From: Candidatus Latescibacterota bacterium
GTDB taxonomy: Bacteria > Latescibacterota > UBA2968 > GCA-2709665
DNA: 64,000 bases
Direction of reading: 5' to 3'
Assembly: GCA_965208835.1 (NCBI GenBank)
Contig: OZ242358.1
Location: 3,736,433 to 3,800,432, forward strand
Shown here piece by piece: positions 19,793-27,873 of this stretch. How positions within the stretch are numbered: position 1 is the stretch's first letter; each line of letters begins with the position of its first letter. A program made the translations under genes and the position numbers. The notes under the pieces are model-generated. The model was not told the origin of the DNA. It saw nothing but the letters and a program-made list of their open reading frames with translations, and did no database searches.

Positions 19793-20491
19793 CTATTTCC
19801 CGCTGAAGTAGAATTTAACCCCGGCTCCGAAGTCCAGCATCTGCAAGGGGAAGGTTTCGGAAAGTTCCCAGTCTTCAAGGCCCCGAAGATCCCCGATCAT
19901 CATATTATAACGCGCGCGCAAGTCCACGGCAACGTTGTCGATCACGAATGCCTCGACTCCCAGCCCTGCGTTGATGCCGAGCGCGTACCGCTGATCGGTG
20001 AACGGCTCAAGTTCAAGGACAAGCTCGCCCGTCTGCCCTGGCCAAAGCAACCCGCTGACGTCGTTCTTGTACCGATAAAAGCCGCCCCCCACCGCCACGT
20101 ACGGAGCGAAGCTGCTGGCGGCGAATGGCTGCCCGATCTGCCGCAGACGAACCAGTGCGTTTACCAGCAGACTGTTCAGGCTCATGTTGCTTGACGCGTT
20201 CGGGCTGGTATGAGCCTCGCCATCGGACCAGGTGAACGTTCGGGTCAGCAGGCTCCCGTCGGTGAAGTTGCCGCTGTGAAACTCGAGCTCCACAGTTACG
20301 TTCGACGCGGGCACGTAGGCCGCGTTCAATCCGAACTTGGAATCGTTGTCGTACCATTCGCCCAGGCCGAAGACCGGCACGTTGTAATTCGCGAACACGC
20401 CGACCCCCCAACTCCCTTCCTGGGCGACTGCAGGCCACGCTGATACCGAGAATACAAGAATCAACAGGCCGACAACCCTGAACACCTTCAT
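19793..20491 (-). CDS. Small outer-membrane beta-barrel protein (OmpA-beta/OmpW-like)
   Basis: The ORF track starts at 20635. The ATG at 20491 (MKVFRVVGLLILVFSVSAWPAVAQ) has a perfect AAGGAGGTG five nt upstream. Alternating beta-strand pattern; ends ...GAGVKFYFSGK. Confidence 0.65.
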   Translation of the reverse strand: MKVFRVVGLLILVFSVSAWPAVAQEGSWGVGVFANYNVPVFGLGEWYDNDSKFGLNAAYVPASNVTVELEFHSGNFTDGSLLTRTFTWSDGEAHTSPNASSNMSLNSLLVNALVRLRQIGQPFAASSFAPYVAVGGGFYRYKNDVSGLLWPGQTGELVLELEPFTDQRYALGINAGLGVEAFVIDNVAVDLRARYNMMIGDLRGLEDWELSETFPLQMLDFGAGVKFYFSGK

Positions 20492-20633
20492 AAACACCTC
20501 CTTATTAGGAAGATGACTAATCCCCTCCACCCAGCTGTACATCTGCGTTCTGCTTCGAAACAACAAAGACTTGCGAATTGGCATCTGATAAAACACCCGC
20601 AGTCTGCTCGTTTCTCCACCCCCTTTCGGATAC

Positions 20634-20671
20634 AAAAAAAGGGCGTAACTGTCCGGAAACCGGCAGCGCCC
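20634..20671 (-). terminator. Rho-independent terminator (minus strand)
   Basis: Minus strand reads GGGCGCTGCCGGTTTCCGGACAGTTACGCCC followed by TTTTTTT. About 12 bp of pairing with two bulges. It lies about 200 nt downstream of the sucD stop. Confidence 0.6.
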
Positions 20672-20798
20672 GACTAAAGCACATCTGCTTCAATCCTGAA
20701 ATTTTTGCGATAATATGCTACGCGGTAACAATTTAACATAAGCCAACCGTTGTAACGCGCAGGTTCGTGTGAGAACACAACCGCAGGGTATTCGAGAG

Positions 20799-20827
20799 AA
20801 GATATATAACCATTTCTTAAATGTCAA
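20799..20827 (-). promoter_or_regulatory. Sigma70-like promoter candidate (minus strand)
   Basis: Minus strand has TTGACA (20827-20822), then tttaagaaatggttata, then TATCTT. TATATC is an alternative -10 at 15-nt spacing. The site sits in an AT-rich island. Confidence 0.3.
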
Positions 20828-20867
20828 CACTTTTGTAACGTATTTTTTAACGGGTCCGGAAACCGAA

Positions 20868-21770
20868 TCAGGCTGTGCGGGCCGCTGCCGGCCCGGGACC
20901 GGCACCGAGGACCGAAAGCACCGTTTCTCCGATATCGGCCGGGCTTCCGCAGACGTGGATGCCGGCGCCCGTGAGGGCGGCTACCTTTTCCTCCGCCGTG
21001 CCCTTGCCGCCCGAGATAATGGCGCCTGCGTGGCCCATACGCCTGCCTGGAGGCGCGGTCTGACCGGCGATGAATCCGACGACGGGCTTAGGGAATGAAT
21101 TCCTTACGAAGTCCGCGGCCTGCTCTTCGGCGCTGCCGCCAATCTCACCGATCATAACAACGCATTCGGTATCCGGGTCCTGCCCGAAGGCATTGAGACA
21201 GTCTATAAAGCTGGTCCCGATGATCGGGTCTCCTCCGATACCCACGCACGTGGACTGACCGAGACCCAGGGCGGTCAACTGAGCGACGGCTTCGTAGGTC
21301 AGCGTCCCGCTGCGGGAAATGACCCCCACGCTGCCGCTCCTGTGAATTTCGGCCGGCATGATGCCTATTTTGCATCTCCCGGGAGCGATGATGCCCGGGC
21401 AGTTGGGGCCGATAAGCCGGGTGGAGCGGGAACCGAGGTAGTGATTGACTCTGACCATGTCCAGCACCGGGATGCCTTCGCTGATACACACGACCAGGCT
21501 GACTCCGGCATCCGCGGCTTCAATGATCGCGTCCGCCGAGAACGCCGCGGGCACGAAGACAATCGAGGCGTCTGCGCCCGTGGCGTCGACCGCGTCGGAG
21601 ACCGTGTTGAACACGGGTACGCCCTCGACGCGGCGGCCGGCCCGGCCCGGCGTAACGCCGCCTACGATCCGGGTGCCGTAGTCCAGCATCTGACGCGTGT
21701 GAAAGGAACCTTCGCTCCCCGTAATCCCCTGTACGACGACCCGAGTGTCGTTATCGATGAAGATGCTCAT
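20868..21770 (-). CDS. sucD: Succinyl-CoA synthetase alpha subunit
   Basis: 300 aa. [33 protein letters not shown], and the phospho-His context [18 protein letters not shown]. Confidence 0.9.
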   Translation of the reverse strand: MSIFIDNDTRVVVQGITGSEGSFHTRQMLDYGTRIVGGVTPGRAGRRVEGVPVFNTVSDAVDATGADASIVFVPAAFSADAIIEAADAGVSLVVCISEGIPVLDMVRVNHYLGSRSTRLIGPNCPGIIAPGRCKIGIMPAEIHRSGSVGVISRSGTLTYEAVAQLTALGLGQSTCVGIGGDPIIGTSFIDCLNAFGQDPDTECVVMIGEIGGSAEEQAADFVRNSFPKPVVGFIAGQTAPPGRRMGHAGAIISGGKGTAEEKVAALTGAGIHVCGSPADIGETVLSVLGAGPGPAAARTA

Positions 21771-21826
21771 TTCATATCCCTGTTAAAGACCATATCCGTC
21801 AGGAATGTTGCTGAGTCTCTTGGTGC

Positions 21827-22056
21827 GGGAAGACGTGAGACGAGTAAAGGAGAGAGTGGAGAGAAGTGAGAAAAGAGAGAGTCGAGGGCCTCTCGCTCCT
21901 CTTCCCTACCGTGTTTACCGAATTGCATTCCTCACTCCTCACTCCTCTTACCTCACTCCTCGCTCTTCACTCCTCTTTCCATTCGCGTTTCCCGATCTGC
22001 GTTCTCTCACTCTTCACTCCTCTTTTCTCTCTCCTCGCTCTTCACTCCTCACTCCT
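21827..22056. repeat. GA-rich / CT-rich inverted element (family 3) with an internal ~75-nt direct repeat
   Basis: GA arm 21827-21888 (GGGAAGACGTGAGACGAGTAAAGGAGAGAGTGGAGAGAAGTGAG...) is followed by a CT arm of CCTCACTCCTC-type units. CCTCGCTCTTCACTCCTC occurs at 21958 and 22033. Confidence 0.55.
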
Positions 22057-22765
22057 GGTGCTGCGGAAGGGGCTGCGGTCTGCATCGCTCTTCGATGCTG
22101 CCGTCCGCCTTACCGATCACGACCTGGTGCGCGAGACCGACAAAGAGGCCGGATTCAACGACGCCGCAAATCGCGGCGATACAGCGCTCAAGATCCGCGG
22201 GGTCATCGATGGCGGCGAAGGCGCAGTCCAGAATGTGGTTGCCGTTGTCCGTAACGAAAGCCCGGTTCTCACTAACGCGCAGTCGTACCCGGCACCCGAG
22301 AGCCTCGAGTTTCAGTCGAACGTACTGCCAGCCGAAGGGGACCACTTCCACCGGCAGCGGGAATCCTCCGAGGCGGTCCTTGAGTTTGGATTCGTCGGCA
22401 ACGATGATTTCACGGTGGCTGGCTGTAGCCACGAGTTTTTCGCGGAACAGGGCGCCGCCGCCGCCCTTGATGAGGTTGAAAGCGGGATCGATCTCGTCCG
22501 CGCCGTCTATAGTCAGGTCTATCCGTATGGTCTCGGCGAAATCGATAAGTGGAATCCCTTCGCGTTCCGCCTGAATCCGTGACTGCTCAGAGGTTGGGAT
22601 CCCACGAATCAGAAGACCCTCGCGAACGCGTTCGCCCAGCTTCTGAATTGCGTAGAACGCGGTCGATCCGGTCCCGAGGCCGACGATCATCCCGTCGTCC
22701 ACCAGTTCGGCGGCCCGTTCCCCTGCGGCTTTTTTCGGGTTGGGAGACACCTTGTCATTTCGCAA
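22049..22765 (-). CDS. rpiA: Ribose-5-phosphate isomerase A
   Basis: 238 aa with a TTG start. KKAAGERAAELVDDGMIVGLGTGSTA, TIDGADEID, LIKGGGGALFREK. The last codons run into the CT-rich element. Confidence 0.85.
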   Translation of the reverse strand: MRNDKVSPNPKKAAGERAAELVDDGMIVGLGTGSTAFYAIQKLGERVREGLLIRGIPTSEQSRIQAEREGIPLIDFAETIRIDLTIDGADEIDPAFNLIKGGGGALFREKLVATASHREIIVADESKLKDRLGGFPLPVEVVPFGWQYVRLKLEALGCRVRLRVSENRAFVTDNGNHILDCAFAAIDDPADLERCIAAICGVVESGLFVGLAHQVVIGKADGSIEERCRPQPLPQHQE

Positions 22766-22767
22766 CG

Positions 22768-22791
22768 TAGAGCGACCTTATCAACGGACTG
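22768..22791 (+). repeat. Family-1 right-end remnant (24 bp)
   Basis: TAGAGCGACCTTATCAACGGACTG matches the last ~24 nt of family 1. It sits directly upstream of the rpiA start. Confidence 0.6.
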
Positions 22792-22913
22792 CTATGCTCC
22801 CTGTAAAATTCCAGGTCTGATCCGACTCGCGGGGAATTTATACATTGGCGATCCCCGTTGCAACGACAAATGACCGTGACATACGACGGCCGCGGCGTTC
22901 GTCGCCGGGTCAT

Positions 22914-23057
22914 CATCCCGTTGAAAGAGCCCAACCGGGCTACGGCCGGCCCATGCGGTCGAAATACTGCGTTGCGCTCTCGTCGAATCGCTCGACGGGA
23001 CCCGGTCGCGCGTCTTGTCTTCGGCCTCGCCTGCAGAACGACTTTATCAACGGACTA
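22914..23057 (+). repeat. Family-1 repeat, copy b (144 bp, diverged ends)
   Basis: Runs CATCCCGTTGAAAGAG...CTTTATCAACGGACTA and lacks the ACAATGGCTCGG segment of the right arm. Confidence 0.8.
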
Positions 23058-23167
23058 TAAGACCAAAAACAATTGACAATCTCGACCGTATACATCATAT
23101 ATATAGATCAGACGGTTCTGAGAGCGACCCTGCCAATCACGGACGACCTGTGAACCCGGGAGGCCAT

Positions 23168-24013
23168 GTGGCGTACGACACACTCGAAGATTTTTTCGGA
23201 GATATCGTGGGGAAAGCCAGGCGCGGGCTGGGCTTTTCGGAAGAATCGCTTGCAGACGCAGCGGGGTTGAGCGCAGGAGATATCGGACGCATTGAAGCCT
23301 ACGAATTCACGCCCGGCGAGGACGGAATTCTCGCCCTGGCCGGCTCTTTGGATCTGGACGGACAAAAGCTGATGCGGATTGCGAACGGGTGGGTGCCGGA
23401 GTACGGAAATGCGCCGCACGACGACGCGCGACTGTCCGTCGAACGAACGATTCTGGACGCCGGCATGGAAGTGAACGCCTATGCGATGAAGTGCAAGGCG
23501 ACCGGGGAAGGCGCGATTGTGGACGCGGGCGGGCAGGCGAATCGGATTCTTGCGCTGGCAGAGCGTATGCATTTGAAGGTGACGCACGTGCTGCTTACAC
23601 ACGGGCATGGCGACCACGTGGGGGCGCTGGCTGAAATCGCGGCAACAACCGGCGCCCGGGTGTGTTGTTGCGAACGGGACTTCGGACTTCTGGGCAGCCT
23701 GAAGGAACTCGTGACCGATCAGGTGGACGACGGCTGGCGGACGAAAGTGGGACGAATCGCCATCGATGCGGTGAGTCTCCCCGGGCATACGGCCGGCGGA
23801 ATCGGTTACGGCGCCGACGGGGTATTCTTCTCGGGCGACGCGCTCTTCGCGGGATCCATGGGCGGCGCGCTGGGTCCGGCATATACCGGTCAGATCAGTG
23901 CAGTAACGGAAAAGGCCCTGTCCCGGGATGAGAAAACCCGCGTTTTCCCCGGGCACGGACCCATCACCTCCATCGCCGAGGAACTGAAGCACAACCCGTT
24001 TTTTGCGCTCTGA
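23168..24013 (+). CDS. XRE-like HTH domain fused to an MBL-fold (glyoxalase-II-like) metallo-hydrolase
   Basis: The ORF track starts at 23015, inside repeat b. The in-frame GTG at 23168 has GGGAGG upstream. HTH-like segment: KARRGLGFSEESLADAAGLSAGDIGRIE. MBL motifs: LLTHGHGDHVGA, LPGHTAGG, GDALFAGS, FPGHGP. Confidence 0.7.
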   Translation: MAYDTLEDFFGDIVGKARRGLGFSEESLADAAGLSAGDIGRIEAYEFTPGEDGILALAGSLDLDGQKLMRIANGWVPEYGNAPHDDARLSVERTILDAGMEVNAYAMKCKATGEGAIVDAGGQANRILALAERMHLKVTHVLLTHGHGDHVGALAEIAATTGARVCCCERDFGLLGSLKELVTDQVDDGWRTKVGRIAIDAVSLPGHTAGGIGYGADGVFFSGDALFAGSMGGALGPAYTGQISAVTEKALSRDEKTRVFPGHGPITSIAEELKHNPFFAL

Positions 24014-24143
24014 CCCGTGGCGGAAGCCTAATCGGTAATGGCGGCAAGAGCCGACGGCAAGCCGTGAAAACCGGCGTTTTCATCTCAATTTCCAAGCGAT
24101 ACGGTACACGATGAGGCGTGTCTACAAATCAAGGAGCTTGGAT

Positions 24144-27100
24144 ATGTCCAGGTGGGTTCTTCTTTTCGGAATCGTCTTGTTCTCCTGCGGTATTGCGATG
24201 GGCCAGGAGTATTTCGGCAAGAACAAGGTGACGTATGACGATTACGACTGGCACTATCTGGAGACGGAACATTTCAAGATCTATTTCGACAAGGCGTCGC
24301 AGTCTGCGGCGGAGTTTGCGGCGAAGGAGGCGGAGCGATCGCTGGTGCGATTGGAGAAGGATCTGAAGTATACGCTGAAGGACCGGTATCCGATTGTGAT
24401 CTACAACTCTCACAACGGGTTTTCGGTAACGAACATCACGCCGACGGAGCAGTCGGAGTTCACAGGGGGTTTCACGGAGTTTGCACAGGGTCGCGTGGTG
24501 ATCCCGTATACGGGGTCGTATGCCGATTTCCGTCACGTGATCCACCACGAGCTGGTACACGTGGTGACACTGGAGATGTGGACGGGCGGCGGGTGGCTGG
24601 GCGCGATGATGACGCAGACGGCGTCGCTGCCGCCGCTGTGGATCGCGGAGGGTGTGGCGGAGTATCTGTCGCAGGGGGGCTGGGACCGCGAGGCCGACAA
24701 TTTCATGCGTCACGCGACGATCACGGGCTTTGTGCCGGGGATGATGTCGTTGAGCGGCGCGTTCGCGTATAAGGGCGGGCAGTCCGTCTTCGTGATGATC
24801 GAGGAGGAGTATGGCAAGGACAAGGTGGCGGAGTTCATTTCGTCGTTCCGTTCCGCGCGTTCCGTGGACAAGGCGCTGAAGGCGTCGGTGGGCGAGGGTG
24901 TGGAGGAGCTGGACGAGAAGTGGCAGTTGTGGTTGAAGCGTCAGTATTGGAACGAGATCAACCTGCACCATCCGTCGGAGGAGGTGGCGAAGCAGCTGAC
25001 GGAGGCGGGTGCGGGCCGTGGTTTTTACAATATCGCGCCGTCGTTTTCGCCGCAGGGCGACAAGATCGCGTATGTGACGGAGCGTCAGGGCACGTTCGAC
25101 ATCTACCTGATGTCGGCGATCGACGGTCAGGACCTGGGGCGGTTGGTGGAGGGCGAGCGTTCGTCGGACTTCGAGGGGCTGTTCGTGCTGCGTCCGGGCA
25201 TCACGTGGTCGCCGGACGGGAAGCAGATCGCGTTTGCGGCGAAGTCGCGCAACAAGAACACGCTGTATACGCTGGACGTGCGCAAGAAGCGTGTGACGAA
25301 GCGTTTCAAGTTCGATCTGGACGGGTTGTTCGAGCCCACGTGGTCGCCGGACGGCAAGCAGATCGCGATCGTGGGGTTGAAGGACGGGTGGTCGGACGTG
25401 TACGTAGTGGACGTGGCAGACGAGTCGTTGCGGCGGATGACGCGTGACCCGTATGACGAGAAGCACCTGGACTGGTCGCCGGACGGGAAGTGGATCGCGA
25501 TCAGTTCGGACCGGCCGTCGGCGGCGTTGGCGTATGACGGGTCGAAGGACTTCGAGTTCGGTGTGTATGACGTGTTCGTGCTGAAGGCGGACGGGAGCGA
25601 GATCCGGCGTGTGGTGGAAAGCGAGGTGAACGACAGCCATCCCACGTGGGGACCGGACTCGCAGACGCTGGCGTTCGTGTCGGACAGGACGGGCGTGGGC
25701 AACGTCTACATCACGCGCGTGGACGGCTCTCAGATGTATCCGATCAGCAATCTCTTGTCGGGAGCGCGGTATATCGACTGGAGCGCGGACGGCAAGAAGC
25801 TGGCGTTTACGACGTTTCACCGCGGGGGCTATGACATCTTCGTGATGAAGGACCCGCGCAAGCAGAAGCGGGGGATGGAGGATCTGCCGCTGACGCGTTA
25901 TGCGAAGCGTCTGGCGGGCATCGAGGACCGTCCGTTCGTGGAGCTGCAGCGCGAGCGGCAGCAGGAGCAGAAGGCGGCCGCGGCGGTGGACAGCGGGGGT
26001 GTGGCAGCGCAGGAAGACACGGCGGCGGTGGTCGCGGCGGCGGACAGGAAAGTGGAGACGTGGATGTCGGACCAGATGGCGCTGGCGGCGGCGGAGGCGA
26101 GCGGCGGCGACGAGGAGGAGGCCGGGACGGATACGCTGGAAACCGACGGCGACAGGGAGTTGACGCTACGCGACTGGAACCGGGAGTTCACGGTGAACAA
26201 ATACCGCGTGAAACTCAAACCGGAATTCTTCGGGGCGAACGCGGGCTTCGACACGTTCTACGGCGTGAGCAGCCTGCTGCACCTGTCCCTGACCGACGTG
26301 ATGGGCGACCACAGGCTCATCATACAGTCCGGGCTGAGCTTCTCCCTCAAAGACAGCGACCTCTTCCTCGGATACCAGAACCTCAAACACCAGACCAACT
26401 ATTACCTCAGCGCCTTTCATACGCGTCTGTTCTTTTTCGACCGGGGTCAGTTGAACGCCGATCGGTATTTCGGCGCGGAAGCGAGCCTTGTTCGGCCGTT
26501 CAGCCGATTCAGCAGGATGGAACTGGGCACGCGGGGCATCAGGATTTCCCGCGAACGCCTCGAACGGGAACGGTACGACAATCGGTGGGTTCGCCGCGGG
26601 TTCACCGGCAGCAGCCTGCGCGGGCTCTCGGGCACGGAAGTCGATTCCCGGGGAGCGGTGGTTTCCTACCTGGCTCTGGTGGACGACAACTCGCTGATGG
26701 GCGGCTTCGGAGCCGTGGACGGGCGGCGGGTGCGCCTCGGCGTTGAAGGAAGCTGGGCGGGAATGCGTTTTGCGGCACTCAACGTGGACCTCCGCGAGTA
26801 CATGCTCGCACTGGACGAATATACCTTTGCCTTTCGTCTCTCCGGCGGCACCAGCTTCGGTCAAAACAAGAGGGTCTATTTCGTCGGGGGCGTCAACAAC
26901 CCGGTGAATCCGAATTTCTCAACATTTGCCAACGTGGATCAGGACCGGATCTTCTTTTCCAGCTTTGTCTGGCCGCTGCGCGGCGTCGAATTGTTCGAAT
27001 TGGCCGGCGACACATATGTGTTGGCCAATGCGGCGTTCCGTTTTCCCCTCATCCGGGAGCTTATCATGGGATGGCCGCTGCCCCTCTTCTTCCAGAACGT

Positions 27101-27389
27101 CCAGGGCGAATTGTTCCTGGACATCGGCGGCGCCTTTGAACGAGAGAGATGGCGCGACGGCTGGATCGCCCGCGACGGCGGCTTTGAGCTCAATGTGCCA
27201 CAACACTTCCGCGGCGGGAGGTCCAAACACGGTCTCGAGAAACCGCAGATGGCAGCTGGGTACGGATTCGGCGTTCGGGTTAACCTGGGCTACTTCCTGT
27301 TCCGGTACGATCTGGCCTGGCCCACGGACTTTGCGCAGACCTACCATCCGCACCAGTATTTTTCAATTGACATTACGGGACATTTTTAG
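24144..27389 (+). CDS. HExxH (peptidase-MA-like) + PD40/TolB-type beta-propeller + Omp85/BamA-type beta-barrel fusion protein
   Basis: ATG at 24144 (MSRWVLLFGIVLFSCG) has AAGGAG upstream. HHELVH motif. Six or more repeats of the WSPDGKQIAF / DIYLM type. A/E/D-rich linker. C-terminal barrel ends ...YFSIDITGHF. Confidence 0.7.
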   Translation: MSRWVLLFGIVLFSCGIAMGQEYFGKNKVTYDDYDWHYLETEHFKIYFDKASQSAAEFAAKEAERSLVRLEKDLKYTLKDRYPIVIYNSHNGFSVTNITPTEQSEFTGGFTEFAQGRVVIPYTGSYADFRHVIHHELVHVVTLEMWTGGGWLGAMMTQTASLPPLWIAEGVAEYLSQGGWDREADNFMRHATITGFVPGMMSLSGAFAYKGGQSVFVMIEEEYGKDKVAEFISSFRSARSVDKALKASVGEGVEELDEKWQLWLKRQYWNEINLHHPSEEVAKQLTEAGAGRGFYNIAPSFSPQGDKIAYVTERQGTFDIYLMSAIDGQDLGRLVEGERSSDFEGLFVLRPGITWSPDGKQIAFAAKSRNKNTLYTLDVRKKRVTKRFKFDLDGLFEPTWSPDGKQIAIVGLKDGWSDVYVVDVADESLRRMTRDPYDEKHLDWSPDGKWIAISSDRPSAALAYDGSKDFEFGVYDVFVLKADGSEIRRVVESEVNDSHPTWGPDSQTLAFVSDRTGVGNVYITRVDGSQMYPISNLLSGARYIDWSADGKKLAFTTFHRGGYDIFVMKDPRKQKRGMEDLPLTRYAKRLAGIEDRPFVELQRERQQEQKAAAAVDSGGVAAQEDTAAVVAAADRKVETWMSDQMALAAAEASGGDEEEAGTDTLETDGDRELTLRDWNREFTVNKYRVKLKPEFFGANAGFDTFYGVSSLLHLSLTDVMGDHRLIIQSGLSFSLKDSDLFLGYQNLKHQTNYYLSAFHTRLFFFDRGQLNADRYFGAEASLVRPFSRFSRMELGTRGIRISRERLERERYDNRWVRRGFTGSSLRGLSGTEVDSRGAVVSYLALVDDNSLMGGFGAVDGRRVRLGVEGSWAGMRFAALNVDLREYMLALDEYTFAFRLSGGTSFGQNKRVYFVGGVNNPVNPNFSTFANVDQDRIFFSSFVWPLRGVELFELAGDTYVLANAAFRFPLIRELIMGWPLPLFFQNVQGELFLDIGGAFERERWRDGWIARDGGFELNVPQHFRGGRSKHGLEKPQMAAGYGFGVRVNLGYFLFRYDLAWPTDFAQTYHPHQYFSIDITGHF

Positions 27390-27504
27390 CAGCCAGGACG
27401 ACCCAAAAATCGCGCCGGCGTATAATGCCGGTCCGCCTCTCCGCAAGTCCGGCGCGAAACCGTCTGGCGGTGCCTGAATTCGGAGTTTCGGGAGAACGTG
27501 TGAA

Positions 27505-27813
27505 TTGACGGCCAAAGACCACTACAGGGAAGGATTGAAGCTGATCTCCTCAGGCAGCCTGGACGGGGCTCTCGAGATGTTTCACAAGGCGCTGGAAGAA
27601 GATCCGGAGTTTTACATGGGGCATCTGGGCCTGGCGCAGGTCCTGGACAGGCAGGGCAAGGTCGATGAGGCGATTCTGCACGCCCGGGATGCGATTCGGA
27701 TCGCTCCGGAGGAGCCGCTCGCCCATACGAGTCTCTCGAGGCTCTACCAGCAGAAGGGCATGATCGAAGAGGCGGAGGAGGCGATGGAAACCTCCCGGCG
27801 GTTGCAGTCCTGA
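27505..27813 (+). CDS. Small TPR-repeat protein
   Basis: 102 aa with a TTG start. Two or three TPR-like units (ALEEDPEFYMGHLGLAQVLDRQGKVDEAILHARDAIRIAPEEPLAH). Confidence 0.55.
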   Translation: MTAKDHYREGLKLISSGSLDGALEMFHKALEEDPEFYMGHLGLAQVLDRQGKVDEAILHARDAIRIAPEEPLAHTSLSRLYQQKGMIEEAEEAMETSRRLQS

Positions 27814-27838
27814 CCCCTCAAATCGGGTACATCCAGCA

Positions 27839-27873
27839 GGGCGCGGACATATTGGTTCGCGCCCGCTTTTTTT
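27839..27873 (+). terminator. Rho-independent terminator
   Basis: GGGCGCG (27839-27845) pairs with CGCGCCC (27858-27864), followed by GCTTTTTTT. Confidence 0.7.

Noticed and set aside
20641-20671. SRP-RNA-like string GUCCGGAAACCGGCAGC on the plus strand
   Set aside because: It forms a simple CCGG-AAA-CCGG hairpin, not the GGAA tetraloop and symmetric-loop helix 8 of 4.5S RNA. It is better explained as the core of a minus-strand intrinsic terminator.
24129-25820. 563-aa minus-strand ORF
   Set aside because: It is entirely antisense to the well-supported HExxH/PD40/Omp85 gene. Its extreme R/H/L/Q/P composition has no motifs, which is the typical shadow ORF of GC-rich coding DNA.
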